From Alphaproteobacteria bacterium (GTDB taxonomy: Bacteria > Pseudomonadota > Alphaproteobacteria > UBA2966): a DNA stretch of 64,000 nucleotides. The notes under the pieces are model-generated. The model searched no databases. It was not told where the DNA came from and worked only from the letters and a program-made list of their open reading frames with translations. Below are positions 22,251 through 32,009 of this stretch, piece after piece. The position numbers and the translations under genes are program-made. Numbering within the stretch: position 1 is the first letter of the stretch; each line of letters opens with the position of its first letter. The stretch covers positions 24,603-88,602 of the forward strand of contig JASLXG010000066.1 in the NCBI GenBank assembly GCA_030740435.1, read 5' to 3'.

Positions 22251-23637
22251 CGCAGCCATCATCGGCGGCGGCATCTCGGGCCTGGCCACGGCCGAGGAAC
22301 TGCGCCGGCGGGGCCGCTCGGTGGTGCTGTTGGAGCGCCAGGTGGCGGCTGGCGGCAAGGCCTTTTCGGAACGCCTGGGCGGCTTTCTCATGGAGCACGG
22401 ACCCAGCACCGTCGGTGCTCACGTCGCGGCGGCCACCGACTGGTCGCAGCGCCTGGAGTTGGAGACCGAGCGCTGCGAGCTGGGCCCCGCCGTGCGCCGG
22501 CGCTATCTGGTGGCCGGGGGGCGTCTCGAAGGTATGGCCAGCCATCCCTTCAGCCTGCTCAGCTCGGGTTATCTCTCGCTGCCGGCCAGGCTTCGGCTGC
22601 TGGCCGAGGTGGTGCTGCCCCGCGGCCGGGAGGGCGACGACGAATCGGTGGCCCAGTTCGCCCGCCGCCGCTTCGGCCGCGAGGTCGCCGAGCGCCTGGT
22701 CGATCCCCTGGTCGGTGGTATCTACGCCGGGCGGGCCGACGAGATTTCGCTGCGTGCCGCCTTTCCGGCGCTGCATGAGCTGGAGCGCCAGTACCGTTCC
22801 GTGGTGCTGGGCGTGGCGGCGCGGCGCTGGCGCGGCGGCCGCATGCCGGGCGGCCGGCTGTTTTCCTGGCGCCACGGCGTGGCCAGCCTGCCCCGGGCGC
22901 TGCAGCGGAACCTGGGCCAAGCCTTGCGTACCGGCATCGCCGTGCAGGGCCTGGAACGCGGGCGCCGGGGCTTTAGGCTGCTGACGCCAGAGGGTGAGCT
23001 TGAAGCCCGGGCCGTGGTCATTGCCACCCAGCCCCACATGACGGCGGCCCTGATCGAGAAGCTGGACCCGACCGCGGCCGAGGCCGCCGCCGGCGTGGCG
23101 GCGCCGTCGCTGGCCGTGGTTTATCTCGGCTACCGGCGCCAGCAGGTCGAACACGCGCTCGACGGGCTGGGCTTCCTGGCGGCGGCCGACGAAGGCCGGG
23201 CCCTCAACGGCGCCCAATTTTGCTCGACCATGTTCAGCCACCGGGCGCCGGCCGGCCACGTCGCCCTGGCCGCCTATTTCGGCGGTGCCCGCAATCCTGA
23301 TCTGGGCTTGCTGCCGGCCGACGATCTGGTGGCCTTGGCGCGGCGCGAGTTTGGCGATCTGGTCGGCGCCCGCGGCGAGCCGGTGCTGGCGCGGGTGCGC
23401 CACTGGCCGCGCGGTTTGCCGCAATACGCTGCCGGTCACGTCGAGCGGGTGCGGGATTTGGCGGCGCTGCCGCAGCGCCTGCCCGGCCTTTTCCTCACCG
23501 GCAACTATTTTCGCGGACCCTCCGTGGCGGCCTGTCTGGAACTTGCCGATGAGACCGCGGCCCGGCTCGACGGCTTCCTCGCCGGGCTAGGCGAGAGCAG
23601 CGACCGGGCCCCTATCAAGGCTGCCGCAAGCCGCTGA
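22240..23637 (+). CDS. FAD-dependent protoporphyrinogen/coproporphyrinogen oxidase-family protein (HemY/CgoX-like)
   Basis: GTG at 22240 overlaps the radical-SAM stop by 11 nt. The N-terminal dinucleotide fold AIIGGGISGLATAEELRRRGRSVVLLERQVAAGGKA and the overall length fit HemY-type amine-oxidase-fold enzymes. Confidence 0.6.
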   Translation: MSFDAAIIGGGISGLATAEELRRRGRSVVLLERQVAAGGKAFSERLGGFLMEHGPSTVGAHVAAATDWSQRLELETERCELGPAVRRRYLVAGGRLEGMASHPFSLLSSGYLSLPARLRLLAEVVLPRGREGDDESVAQFARRRFGREVAERLVDPLVGGIYAGRADEISLRAAFPALHELERQYRSVVLGVAARRWRGGRMPGGRLFSWRHGVASLPRALQRNLGQALRTGIAVQGLERGRRGFRLLTPEGELEARAVVIATQPHMTAALIEKLDPTAAEAAAGVAAPSLAVVYLGYRRQQVEHALDGLGFLAAADEGRALNGAQFCSTMFSHRAPAGHVALAAYFGGARNPDLGLLPADDLVALARREFGDLVGARGEPVLARVRHWPRGLPQYAAGHVERVRDLAALPQRLPGLFLTGNYFRGPSVAACLELADETAARLDGFLAGLGESSDRAPIKAAASR

Positions 23638-23661
23638 TCGGCGTCTTCGAAGGCCGGAAAG

Positions 23662-23689
23662 TGACGCCCTTTTTGGGCGTTATTTTTTT
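23662..23689 (+). terminator. Rho-independent terminator (stem acgccc / loop ttttt / stem gggcgt, then tattttttt) ending the 23.6-kb cluster
   Basis: Read directly from the sequence 25 nt after the HemY-like stop. An AT-rich region follows. Confidence 0.6.
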
Positions 23690-23790
23690 GTCTGTGCATA
23701 AATATTCCATCTTTACCTACCTTTAGACACAATATATGGTATGCCACATGAAGAATCTTGCGTAGCCCATTGTGAAGGGGGAGAGTTCGG

Positions 23791-24501
23791 ATGTCGCTCT
23801 TGGAAGAAGCTCCGGCGCCGCTCGGCCACAACAGTATTCCCTGCAGCGAAGAGCTGGTGAGCGACCGTGGGGGACGCAACAAAAAGCTGATTTTTCTTTA
23901 CGAAATTCGGTCGGAGGCTTTGCAAACCGTCGAGCGCGGCGAGATCGAAGCCGAGCACGAGGAGGACGCCTGGCGGCGCTTGCGCCTGCAACGCCTGGCG
24001 CCCAGGCTGCGCTCCAACACACGCATCTGGAGCAAGGTCGATGGCGAAAATGGCGAGCAGCGGAGGCGTTCGAACAAACTGCGGCGCCTGCTGCGCGCCC
24101 TGGCCAGCCACCACCGTTGGCTGACCGGCGGCGAGGGCGAACGCGCCGATCTCAGCGGTCTCGACCTGTCACGGGTATCGCTGCGCAATCGCGACCTGAG
24201 CCACGCCAACCTGGCCAGCAGCGATCTCAGCGAGGCCGATCTCAGCGGCATCCGCCTGGCCGGTGCCAACCTGGCCGGGGCAAATCTCTCGCGGGCCGAC
24301 CTTTCGGGGGCCAACTTGCGCGACGTCGATCTCAGCCATGTCAATTTCTGCCAGGCGGTGCTGATCGGCGCCGATCTCAAAGGCGCCGACCTGTGGCGCG
24401 CCAACCTCAGCGGCTGCGTCATCGCGCCGGCCAACCTGCACAGCGCGCTGGGCTGCCGCAAGGCGGTGGGGATGCACGAGGTGGAAGCCCCGGTTTCCTG
24501 A
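23791..24501 (+). CDS. Pentapeptide-repeat protein
   Basis: The C-terminal half is made of A(D/N)LSG/A(N/D)L(S/R)xA(N/D)L pentapeptide repeats. It is preceded by an AT-rich promoter-like region at 23690-23790. Confidence 0.7.
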   Translation: MSLLEEAPAPLGHNSIPCSEELVSDRGGRNKKLIFLYEIRSEALQTVERGEIEAEHEEDAWRRLRLQRLAPRLRSNTRIWSKVDGENGEQRRRSNKLRRLLRALASHHRWLTGGEGERADLSGLDLSRVSLRNRDLSHANLASSDLSEADLSGIRLAGANLAGANLSRADLSGANLRDVDLSHVNFCQAVLIGADLKGADLWRANLSGCVIAPANLHSALGCRKAVGMHEVEAPVS

Positions 24502-24531
24502 ATTTTCTCTCCATTGTGATATCGTCCTGGC

Positions 24532-26739
24532 ATGAACAGGACAGATCGTCGGCGCCGGAAAAAGCTGGCAACCAAGGGCCGTTTCAAGCCCGGCGACGAT
24601 CTGACGCCGGCGCTCAAGCAGGCGGCCGAGTGGCACCGCGCCGGGCGGCTGGTCCAGGCGGCGGGGATCTACCAACGTGTTCTCGCCGCCGATCCCGATC
24701 AGGCCGACGTGCTGCACCTGTTGGCCACCATCGTCTATGAGCAGGGCGATGCAAAACGGGCGGTCGAGCTTTCCCGTCGTGCCGTGGCGCAGGCGGCGGC
24801 GAACCCCGACTACCTCAATATGCTGGGTACGGCGCTGCTCGCCCTGGGCCGGCTGCCGGAGGCCGAGACGAGTTTTCGCCAGGCCATCGCGGCGGCGCCG
24901 GGCGGAGCCGAATCGCACAGCAATTTTTTGGCTGGTGCTGCGCCGGCAGGGGCGTTTGTCCGAGGCCGAGGAATCGCTCGGGCGGGCCCTGGAACTGGCT
25001 CCGGAGTCGACCAAGATCCGCAACAACCTGGGCGTTACGCTCCTCGACCAGGGCAAGCCCGTGGCCGCTGCGGCGATCTTCGCCCAGGTGCTGGAGCGCG
25101 ATCCGGGCTATGCCGCGGCCCACAACAATCTGGGGCTGGCCCTGCTCGAGCGTGGTGACAGCGCCGCCGCCATCAGCCAGATGCGTCAGGCCATCGCTCT
25201 CGATCCCGGACTTGCCGACGCCCATTGCAACCTGGCTTCGACGCTGCTCGGCGAGGGCCGGCTGGATGGCGCAACGGAGCATATCGAGAAGGCGCTGGCC
25301 TTGGTGCCGGGCGATACCCGGGCCGAGGAGGTGGCGCTCAGGCACGCTTTGTTTAGCTGTCAGTGGAACCGCGCCCGGCAGCTGACGGCATCGATCGGGG
25401 CCGCCACCGATGCCTCCCTGGCGGCCCGGCGCCGGCCCGCCGAAAGCCCCTTTCTCAGCGTCATCCATGATCCCGACCCGCGGCGCAACCTGGCCATCGC
25501 CCAAGCCTGGTCGGCCGACCTCAACCAGCGCAGCGCCGCCGTCCTCGCGGGCAAAAAGGATCCGGCCGGATCTGCCCGCTCCGGATCCGAGCGCCTCGTC
25601 GTCGGCTACCTCTCCAACGATTTCTTCGAGCACGCCACGGCGCGCCTGATCTCCGGCTTGTTGGAGGCCCACGATGGCCGCCAGTTCGATATTAGGGCCT
25701 ACTCCTACGGCCCCGATGACGGCTCCGAGCTGCGCCGCCGCATCACTGCCGCCGCCACCGACTTCGTCGACCTCAGGGATTTCGACGACGCCGATGCGGC
25801 GCGCCGCATTGCCGACGACGGCGTCGACATCCTGGTCGATCTCAAGGGTTACACCCGGGGCGGACGCCTGGGCATTTGCGCCTGGCGGCCGGCGCCGCTG
25901 CAGCTCACGTGGTTGGGCTTTCCCGGCAGCACAGGCGGCGATTTCTTCGATTACCTGATTGCCGACAGCATCGTGGCGCCGCCGGCCGAGGCCGAAATGT
26001 TCAGCGAGACCCTGGCTTATCTGCCGGATTGCTATCAGCCCTGTGATGGCGGGCGAGAGCCACCGGGCGCGCCGGACGCGCCGGGTGTGCGGCGGGGCCA
26101 GCGCTCAGGGCCGATCTTGGCTTGCCCGAAGAGGGTCTGGTTTTCTGCTGCTTCAACCAGACTTACAAGATCGAGGCGGCGATGTTTTCCCGCTGGATGG
26201 CGGTGCTGGAGGCGCTGCCCGGATCGTCGCTCTGGCTGCTCGACGGCGGTCCCGGCTGCCGCGACAGTCTCGGCGCCGCGGCCCGGGCCGCCGGCATCGA
26301 TCCCGGGCGCCTGCTGTTTGCCCCCAGGATCGCCCAGGCGGCCCACCTCAGCCGCCTGGCCGTCGCCGACCTGGCCTTCGATACCTTCCCCTGCAACGGC
26401 CACACCACGACCTCGGACGCGCTCTGGGCCGGTGTGCCGGTGCTGACGCTGGCCGGCCGTCACTTCGCCTCGCGGGTCTCCGAAAGCCTGCTGCGGGCGC
26501 TGGAAATGCCCGAGCTGGTGGCTGCCGACCTGGACGCCTATGGCAAGCTGGCCATCAGCCTGGCGGAGGACGGCGAACGGCTGGCCGCCGTGCGCGCCAA
26601 GCTGGCGGCCAAGCGAAGGACGGCGCCGCTTTTCGACACGCCGCGCTTTGCCCGCAACCTGGAGGCGCTTTATCGCCAGGCCTGGCAGCGCCAGCTCGAC
26701 GGCCAGCCGCCGGCGCCGCTCAACCTTGCAGCACCCTGA
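24532..26739 (+). pseudogene. TPR-repeat / GT41 O-GlcNAc-transferase-like glycosyltransferase, disrupted by two frameshifts (or sequencing errors)
   Basis: The N-terminal TPR repeats (frame A, 24532-) continue into frame B after a T6 homopolymer at 24924-24929. Removing one T restores ...ESHSNFWLVLRRQGRLSEAEE.... The OGT catalytic region then shifts again near 26050-26100 into the frame holding ...ADLGLPEEGLVFCCFNQTYKI...NGHTTTSDALWAGVPVLTLAG... (frame C, 26122-). Confidence 0.55.
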
Positions 26740-27667
26740 TCGGCTTGCCGGCCATGAAAGCGGCGATGTCTTCCACCATCTCCGGGTAGAAAGTCTCATA
26801 GGTCGCTTCGGTGACGTAGCCCAGGTGCGGCGTCAGTACCACGTCGGACAGGCTGCGCAGCGGATGGTCCGGCGCCAGTGGCTCCTCGTCGTAGACGTCG
26901 AGCGCGGCGCCGGCGATGAGGTTTTCCTTGAGCGCCGAGACCAGCGCCCATTGCTCGATGATAGGGCCGCGCGAGGTGTTGATCAGCACCGCCGTCGGCT
27001 TCATCAGGGCCAACTCCCTGGGTCCGATGGTGCCGCGCGAGCGCTCGCTCAGCACCAGGTGCAGCGTGATGATGTCGGCCGTTGAGACCAGCGCTTCCTT
27101 TTCCAGCAACGTGGCGCCGCACTCGGCCGCCCGCTCGGCCGTCAGGTTCTCGCTCCAGGCCACCACGTTCATGCCGAAGGCGTTGCCCACCTTCGCCACC
27201 TGGCTGCCCAGCCGCCCGAGCCCGATGACGCCCAGCGTGCGCCCCTTGAGATCGAGGCCCAGCGTGGTCTGCCAACCGCCCTGGCGCATGGCTTCGTGCT
27301 CCACCGGAATGGAGCGGCAAAGCGCCAGGATCAGGCCCCAGGTGAGTTCGGCCGTGGGGTGGGCGACGCCGCCGGTGCCCGAGACGGTGATGCCCAATTC
27401 GGCCGCCGCCTCGAGGTCGATGGAGGCGTTGCGCATGCCCGTGGTAACCAGCAATTTGAGATTGGGCAAGCTCTCCAGCAGCGAGCGCGGGAAGGGCGTG
27501 CGCTCGCGCATGGCGGCGATGGCGGCAAAGGGCTTAAGCCTGGCCACCAGGGCGCTCTCGTCGCTGATGGTGTCGTTGAAGACGGTGATCTCGGCGCCCT
27601 CGAGCACGCTCCAGTCGGCGATCCTGAGCGCCAGGTCCTGGTAATCGTCGAGGATCGCTATCTTCAT
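26720..27667 (-). CDS. D-isomer-specific 2-hydroxyacid dehydrogenase family (NAD-binding)
   Basis: GVIGLGRLGSQVAKVGNAFGMNV NAD-binding motif. RGPIIEQWALVSAL...AALDVYDEEP catalytic region. Confidence 0.75.
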   Translation of the reverse strand: MKIAILDDYQDLALRIADWSVLEGAEITVFNDTISDESALVARLKPFAAIAAMRERTPFPRSLLESLPNLKLLVTTGMRNASIDLEAAAELGITVSGTGGVAHPTAELTWGLILALCRSIPVEHEAMRQGGWQTTLGLDLKGRTLGVIGLGRLGSQVAKVGNAFGMNVVAWSENLTAERAAECGATLLEKEALVSTADIITLHLVLSERSRGTIGPRELALMKPTAVLINTSRGPIIEQWALVSALKENLIAGAALDVYDEEPLAPDHPLRSLSDVVLTPHLGYVTEATYETFYPEMVEDIAAFMAGKPIRVLQG

Positions 27668-27688
27668 GGCGGGGCCGGGCTCGCTGTC

Positions 27689-29242
27689 TCAGACAACTTG
27701 TTTGTCGCGGCCGGCCCAATAGGGTTCGCGCAACTCTCGCTTGAGAATCTTTCCCGAGGGATTGCGCGGCAACTCGGCCGTGAAGTCGACCGATTTGGGG
27801 GCCTTGAAATGGGCGATGCGCTCGCGGCTGAAGGCGATCAGCTCCTCGCTGGTGAGTTCCGCCTCGGGCGCCTTGACGATGATTGCCTTGACCGCCTCGC
27901 CCCAGCGCTCGTCGGGTACGCCGATGACGGCGGCGTCGGCCACCTCGGGATGCTGGTGCAGCACGTTCTCGACCTCGGCCGGATAGACGTTCTCGCCGCC
28001 CGAGATGATCATGTCCTTGACCCGGTCGTGGATATAAAGATAGCCCTCGTCGTCGACATAGCCGGCGTCGCCGGTGTGGAACCAATCGCCGCGTACCGCC
28101 CGGGCTGTATCCTCGGGCAGGTTCCAGTAGCCCTTCATGTTGAGCACGCTTCGCGTCGCCACCTCGCCGATCTCGCCAATGGGCAGCTCCTGGCCGTCCG
28201 GGCCGACGATGCGCAGCTCGACGCAGGAATAGGGCTTGCCGCAGGATTTGAGCCGCGGGCTCTGGCTGACGTGCTCGGCCGGCGGCAGGAAGGTGACGGC
28301 ACCGGTGGTCTCGGTCAGGCCGTAGACCTGGGCGAAGTCGCAGCCGAACACCGGCATGGCCTTTTCCAAAAGCTCCAGCGGCATCGGCGCGGCGCCGTAG
28401 ACGATCAGCTCGAGGCTCGAGAAATCGGTCTTTTCGACGCCGGGAACCTGCAACAGGAATAGCACCACGGCGGGCACGTAGAGCACCTTGGTGATACCGT
28501 CGCGGGGGATCGAGGCCAGGATCTCCGGGGGATCGACCTCGCCTATGATGATGGCCCGGGCGCCGGAAAAGAAGGCCATCAGGCCCCAGGCCGTGCCGCC
28601 GATGTGAAAGAGCGGCAGGACCACTTGCGTCACGTCGTCGTCGGACCAGGTACCGAGCTCCTTGGCGCCTTCGTGGACCTGCCAGAAAAGGTTCTCGTGG
28701 GTGGTCTCGGTGCCCTTGGGATGGCCGGTGGTGCCCGAGGTGTACATCTGCACGGCGGTGTCGCCGGGCTCGGGCGCGCTGTTGGGCTCGCCTGAACTCT
28801 GGCCGGCCAGCCAGTCCTTGTAGCTCGGCCATTCGGTGTGGCCGCCATCCAGCGCGATGATCTCGCGGATCGTCGTGAGCTCGCCCTGGATGCCCTCGAC
28901 GACCTCGTAGAAGTCCTGGTCCACGAACAACACCTCGGCCTGGGCGTCGTTGATGATGAAGCTGATCTCAGGGGGCGCCAGGCGCCAGTTGACCGGCACC
29001 AGGGCGCCCCGGGTCTTGCTGGCGCCGAAGAAGATCTCGAAAAAGAGATCGCTGTTCTTGCCGATCTGGGCCACCCGCTGGCCCGGCCCGATGCCGGCTG
29101 CGGCGAGACCGTTGGCGACTTGGTTGGAGCGCTCGTGGAATTGGCCGAAGCTGGTCTCGCGGCCGGCGAACTCCCAGGCCACGCGGTCGGGCCGCAGCTG
29201 CGCCTGGCGCCGCGTCATGTCGGCCAGGGTCTCGATCTCCAT
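27689..29242 (-). CDS. AMP-dependent synthetase/ligase (acyl-CoA synthetase family)
   Basis: YTSGTTGHPKG AMP-binding motif. Strong RBS aaggggaggga before the ATG at 29242. The ORF-track N-terminal extension is rejected. Confidence 0.75.
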   Translation of the reverse strand: MEIETLADMTRRQAQLRPDRVAWEFAGRETSFGQFHERSNQVANGLAAAGIGPGQRVAQIGKNSDLFFEIFFGASKTRGALVPVNWRLAPPEISFIINDAQAEVLFVDQDFYEVVEGIQGELTTIREIIALDGGHTEWPSYKDWLAGQSSGEPNSAPEPGDTAVQMYTSGTTGHPKGTETTHENLFWQVHEGAKELGTWSDDDVTQVVLPLFHIGGTAWGLMAFFSGARAIIIGEVDPPEILASIPRDGITKVLYVPAVVLFLLQVPGVEKTDFSSLELIVYGAAPMPLELLEKAMPVFGCDFAQVYGLTETTGAVTFLPPAEHVSQSPRLKSCGKPYSCVELRIVGPDGQELPIGEIGEVATRSVLNMKGYWNLPEDTARAVRGDWFHTGDAGYVDDEGYLYIHDRVKDMIISGGENVYPAEVENVLHQHPEVADAAVIGVPDERWGEAVKAIIVKAPEAELTSEELIAFSRERIAHFKAPKSVDFTAELPRNPSGKILKRELREPYWAGRDKQVV

Positions 29243-29291
29243 ACCACCGTCCCTCCCCTTGGCGTCTCCAACGGCTGCCGAGTGTACCTCT

Positions 29292-30212
29292 TCAATCGCC
29301 GCTTGCCAGCCCCTCGAACAGCGTCGTGATGCGCTGACGCTGGTTCTCGTCCAGGGTCCCCAGCAAGACCAGCCGACTGCCCGCCGCGGCGTTCGCGGCC
29401 TCGCCGATCTGCAAACGCCGCCCGACCAGTTGCACCAGACGCGGCCGCTCGGGGGCCGGGGCAAAACGCACGATGCCTTTGCCCCGCAGCACGCCCGCCG
29501 GCAGCTCGGCCAGGGCGGTACGGAATCGGGTCTCGTCGAGGCCGCCGGGCCAGGTCAATTCGACGCTGGCAAAGGGATGTTCGGGCTCGTGATGGTGACC
29601 GCCCTGGGGCACCTTTTCGAGGCCGCGGCCGAGCAGCAGCGCCAGCGGCGCCGCCGCGTACTCGGTCTCGACGAGCGCCGCCTCGGGCGCCAACTCGGCC
29701 AGCCAGGCCCGAAGCTCGGCCCGCGCGGCGGCATCCACCAGATCGCACTTGTTGAGCAGCACCACGTCGGCTGCCTTGAACTGGCGCTCGACGGTGTCGC
29801 TGAGGCGGGGATCGGCGGCGCGTTCGCGGATCTCGGCGGCGTCGGCCAGCACGATGGTGGCGTCGGGGGTGAGTTCGGGATGCAGGATCGCGACCTCGGC
29901 GATGGGCCTGGGATCGGCCACGCCGCTGGCCTCCACCAGCAGGTGCTCGGGTTTGTCGGCGCCTTGCATCAGGCGCATGACGGTGATCAAGAGGTCGTCG
30001 CCCAACGAGCAGCAGATGCAGCCGTTGGCCAGCGTGATGGTGTCGCCGCCATGCTCGACGATCAAATCCCCGTCGATGGCCAGGTCGCCGAAATCGTTGA
30101 CCAGCACGGCATAGCGCACGCCGCCGGCCTGGCGCAGCAGGTTGTTCAGCAGCGTCGTCTTGCCGGCCCCGAGAAAGCCGCCGATGACCGAAAGCGGAAC
30201 CAGGGGTGCCAT
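29292..30212 (-). CDS. CobW/COG0523 family GTPase (putative metal chaperone)
   Basis: GFLGAGKTT P-loop, GCICC metal-binding motif, and a His-rich stretch GGHHHEPEH. Confidence 0.75.
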   Translation of the reverse strand: MAPLVPLSVIGGFLGAGKTTLLNNLLRQAGGVRYAVLVNDFGDLAIDGDLIVEHGGDTITLANGCICCSLGDDLLITVMRLMQGADKPEHLLVEASGVADPRPIAEVAILHPELTPDATIVLADAAEIRERAADPRLSDTVERQFKAADVVLLNKCDLVDAAARAELRAWLAELAPEAALVETEYAAAPLALLLGRGLEKVPQGGHHHEPEHPFASVELTWPGGLDETRFRTALAELPAGVLRGKGIVRFAPAPERPRLVQLVGRRLQIGEAANAAAGSRLVLLGTLDENQRQRITTLFEGLASGD

Positions 30213-30224
30213 GACCGGCGGCGG

Positions 30225-31865
30225 CTAATCGGCGGCGGCGAAGACCCGGCCGCCCAGCACCGTGCCCCAGACCGGTACGTCACGTAGTGTTTCGGGCGCC
30301 ACCAGCAGTGGGTCGTCTTCGAGCACCGCGAAATCGGCCCGCTTGCCGACCTCGATGGAGCCGATCTCGTGGTCCAGCTTCAAGGTATAGGCGGCGCCCT
30401 GGGTGATGGCGTAAAGGGCGTCGGCCGTGCTGATGCGCTCCTCGGGCCCCAGCACCTGGCCCGAAGCCGTCAGGCGATTTACGGCGCACCAGGCGGTAAA
30501 AAGCGGCCCCAAGGGCGTCACCGGGGCGTCGGAATGGATGGCAAAGGGCACGCCCCAGCGCTTGGCCGTGTTGGCCGCATCCATGCGCTTGGCCCGATCG
30601 GGTCCCAAGGTGGTGGCCAGGTGCTCGTCGCCCCAATAGTAGATGTGGTTGGCAAAGAGATTGACGCAGATGCCGAGGCGCGCCATGCGGCGGAACTGGG
30701 CCTCGTCGGCCATCTGGCAGTGCTGCAGGGTGTGGCGGTGGTCGGGCCGGGGCGAACGCGCCAGCACCGCCTCGACGGCCTCGATGGCGAGTTCCGAGGC
30801 CTCATCGGCGTTGGCGTGGATGAAGACCTGCAGGCCGCCGTCATGATAGCCGCCGAGCACCTCCTCGAGCTCGTCCGGCGTCACGTTCCAGACGCCGTTG
30901 GCGGCGCCGTTGTAGTAACCCGGCCACTTGAGCCGCCCCGTGAAGCCCTGGATCGAGCCGTCGGTGACCAGCTTGACGATGCCGAAGTGGAGTTTTTCGT
31001 GGTTGAGCTTCTTGAGCTCGTGCACCCTGGCCACGCCATCACGAGCCGGCATCGAGGAGCCGCCGAAAGCCGGCACGATACGAAAACGAAAATCCTCGCG
31101 CCGGGTGCATTCGAGCATGCTGGCGACGGCCTCGTCGGGGGCTGCGTTGTAGAGATCGGTGGCGGTGGTGACGCCGGTCTGGCAGGCGATGCGGCCGAAG
31201 TTCTCCAGCGACTGGGGCTCGCCCACCTCGGAGAAATAATCCACCCCCATGGTGCTCAGCGCCATGAACTTGGCGGCCATCTCCTGCAATTCGCCGTTGG
31301 GCTCGCCGGCCGCGTCCTTGACGATGCCCTCGACGTTGGTGGCGGCCGTGATGTTGGCTCCCTCCAGGACCGCCGAGTTGACGTTCATGATGTGGAAGTT
31401 GGAATGCACCACGGCCACCTGGCGGCGCTGGGAGACGGCGTCGAGATCCTGGCGGTTCATGCGCCGGCCCTCGAAATAGATGGGATCGAAGCCCCAGGCC
31501 ACCAACGGCGCGTCTGCGTCCGGCATTTCGCTTTCCACCTGGCAGAGCCGCTCGACCACCGCCTCGATGCTGGTCAGGCCTTCGTGTAGCTGGCCGTCGG
31601 GTCCCGTGCGGGCATGGGAACCGGCGTACTGGTAGCGCCAGATGCTGCCCTCCATGAGGTGGCAGTGGCCTTCCACGAACCCCGGCAGCAGCACCTTGTC
31701 GGCAAAGCGCTCATCGAGCGTGTAGTCGCCCCAGCCGGCCAGCTCGTCGAGCCGGCCCACGCCCAGGATACAGCCCTGGCGCACGGCCACATGGCTGGCC
31801 TCGGGCTGGTAGCGGTTCATGGTGATTATTTTGCGCGCGCTGAAGACGGTGGTCTCGCCGGACAT
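30225..31865 (-). CDS. Amidohydrolase-family metal-dependent hydrolase (Amidohydro_3-like)
   Basis: HxH metal motif (GFVEGHCHLMEG) and overall length. The RBS ggagaag precedes the ATG at 31865. Confidence 0.6.
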   Translation of the reverse strand: MSGETTVFSARKIITMNRYQPEASHVAVRQGCILGVGRLDELAGWGDYTLDERFADKVLLPGFVEGHCHLMEGSIWRYQYAGSHARTGPDGQLHEGLTSIEAVVERLCQVESEMPDADAPLVAWGFDPIYFEGRRMNRQDLDAVSQRRQVAVVHSNFHIMNVNSAVLEGANITAATNVEGIVKDAAGEPNGELQEMAAKFMALSTMGVDYFSEVGEPQSLENFGRIACQTGVTTATDLYNAAPDEAVASMLECTRREDFRFRIVPAFGGSSMPARDGVARVHELKKLNHEKLHFGIVKLVTDGSIQGFTGRLKWPGYYNGAANGVWNVTPDELEEVLGGYHDGGLQVFIHANADEASELAIEAVEAVLARSPRPDHRHTLQHCQMADEAQFRRMARLGICVNLFANHIYYWGDEHLATTLGPDRAKRMDAANTAKRWGVPFAIHSDAPVTPLGPLFTAWCAVNRLTASGQVLGPEERISTADALYAITQGAAYTLKLDHEIGSIEVGKRADFAVLEDDPLLVAPETLRDVPVWGTVLGGRVFAAAD

Positions 31866-32009
31866 TCTTCTTCTCCGCAAACTGGGGATCGGGCAGTGTG
31901 TGCCGCCGCCGATCATGAACCTAGGACCAAGCCGCCTCAAGCGTCTGGTCCAGGGGCTTGGGCGCGGCTATATTTGGCGCCCCGTGAACCAGCATGCCGG
32001 AGAATCCCT

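Noticed and set aside
24532-26739. Three separate genes (24532-25158, 24677-26446, 26122-26739)
   Set aside because: Conserved TPR and GT41 blocks continue across the frame changes, so this is one gene with two frameshifts.
31866-32009. Possible SAM-II (metZ-type) riboswitch upstream of the PLP-dependent sulfhydrylase gene
   Set aside because: Alphaproteobacterial metZ genes often have one, and a small hairpin (gggcgc...gcgccc) is present. I could not recognise the pseudoknot or AAAGCU consensus by eye. A covariance-model search (Rfam RF00521) would be needed.
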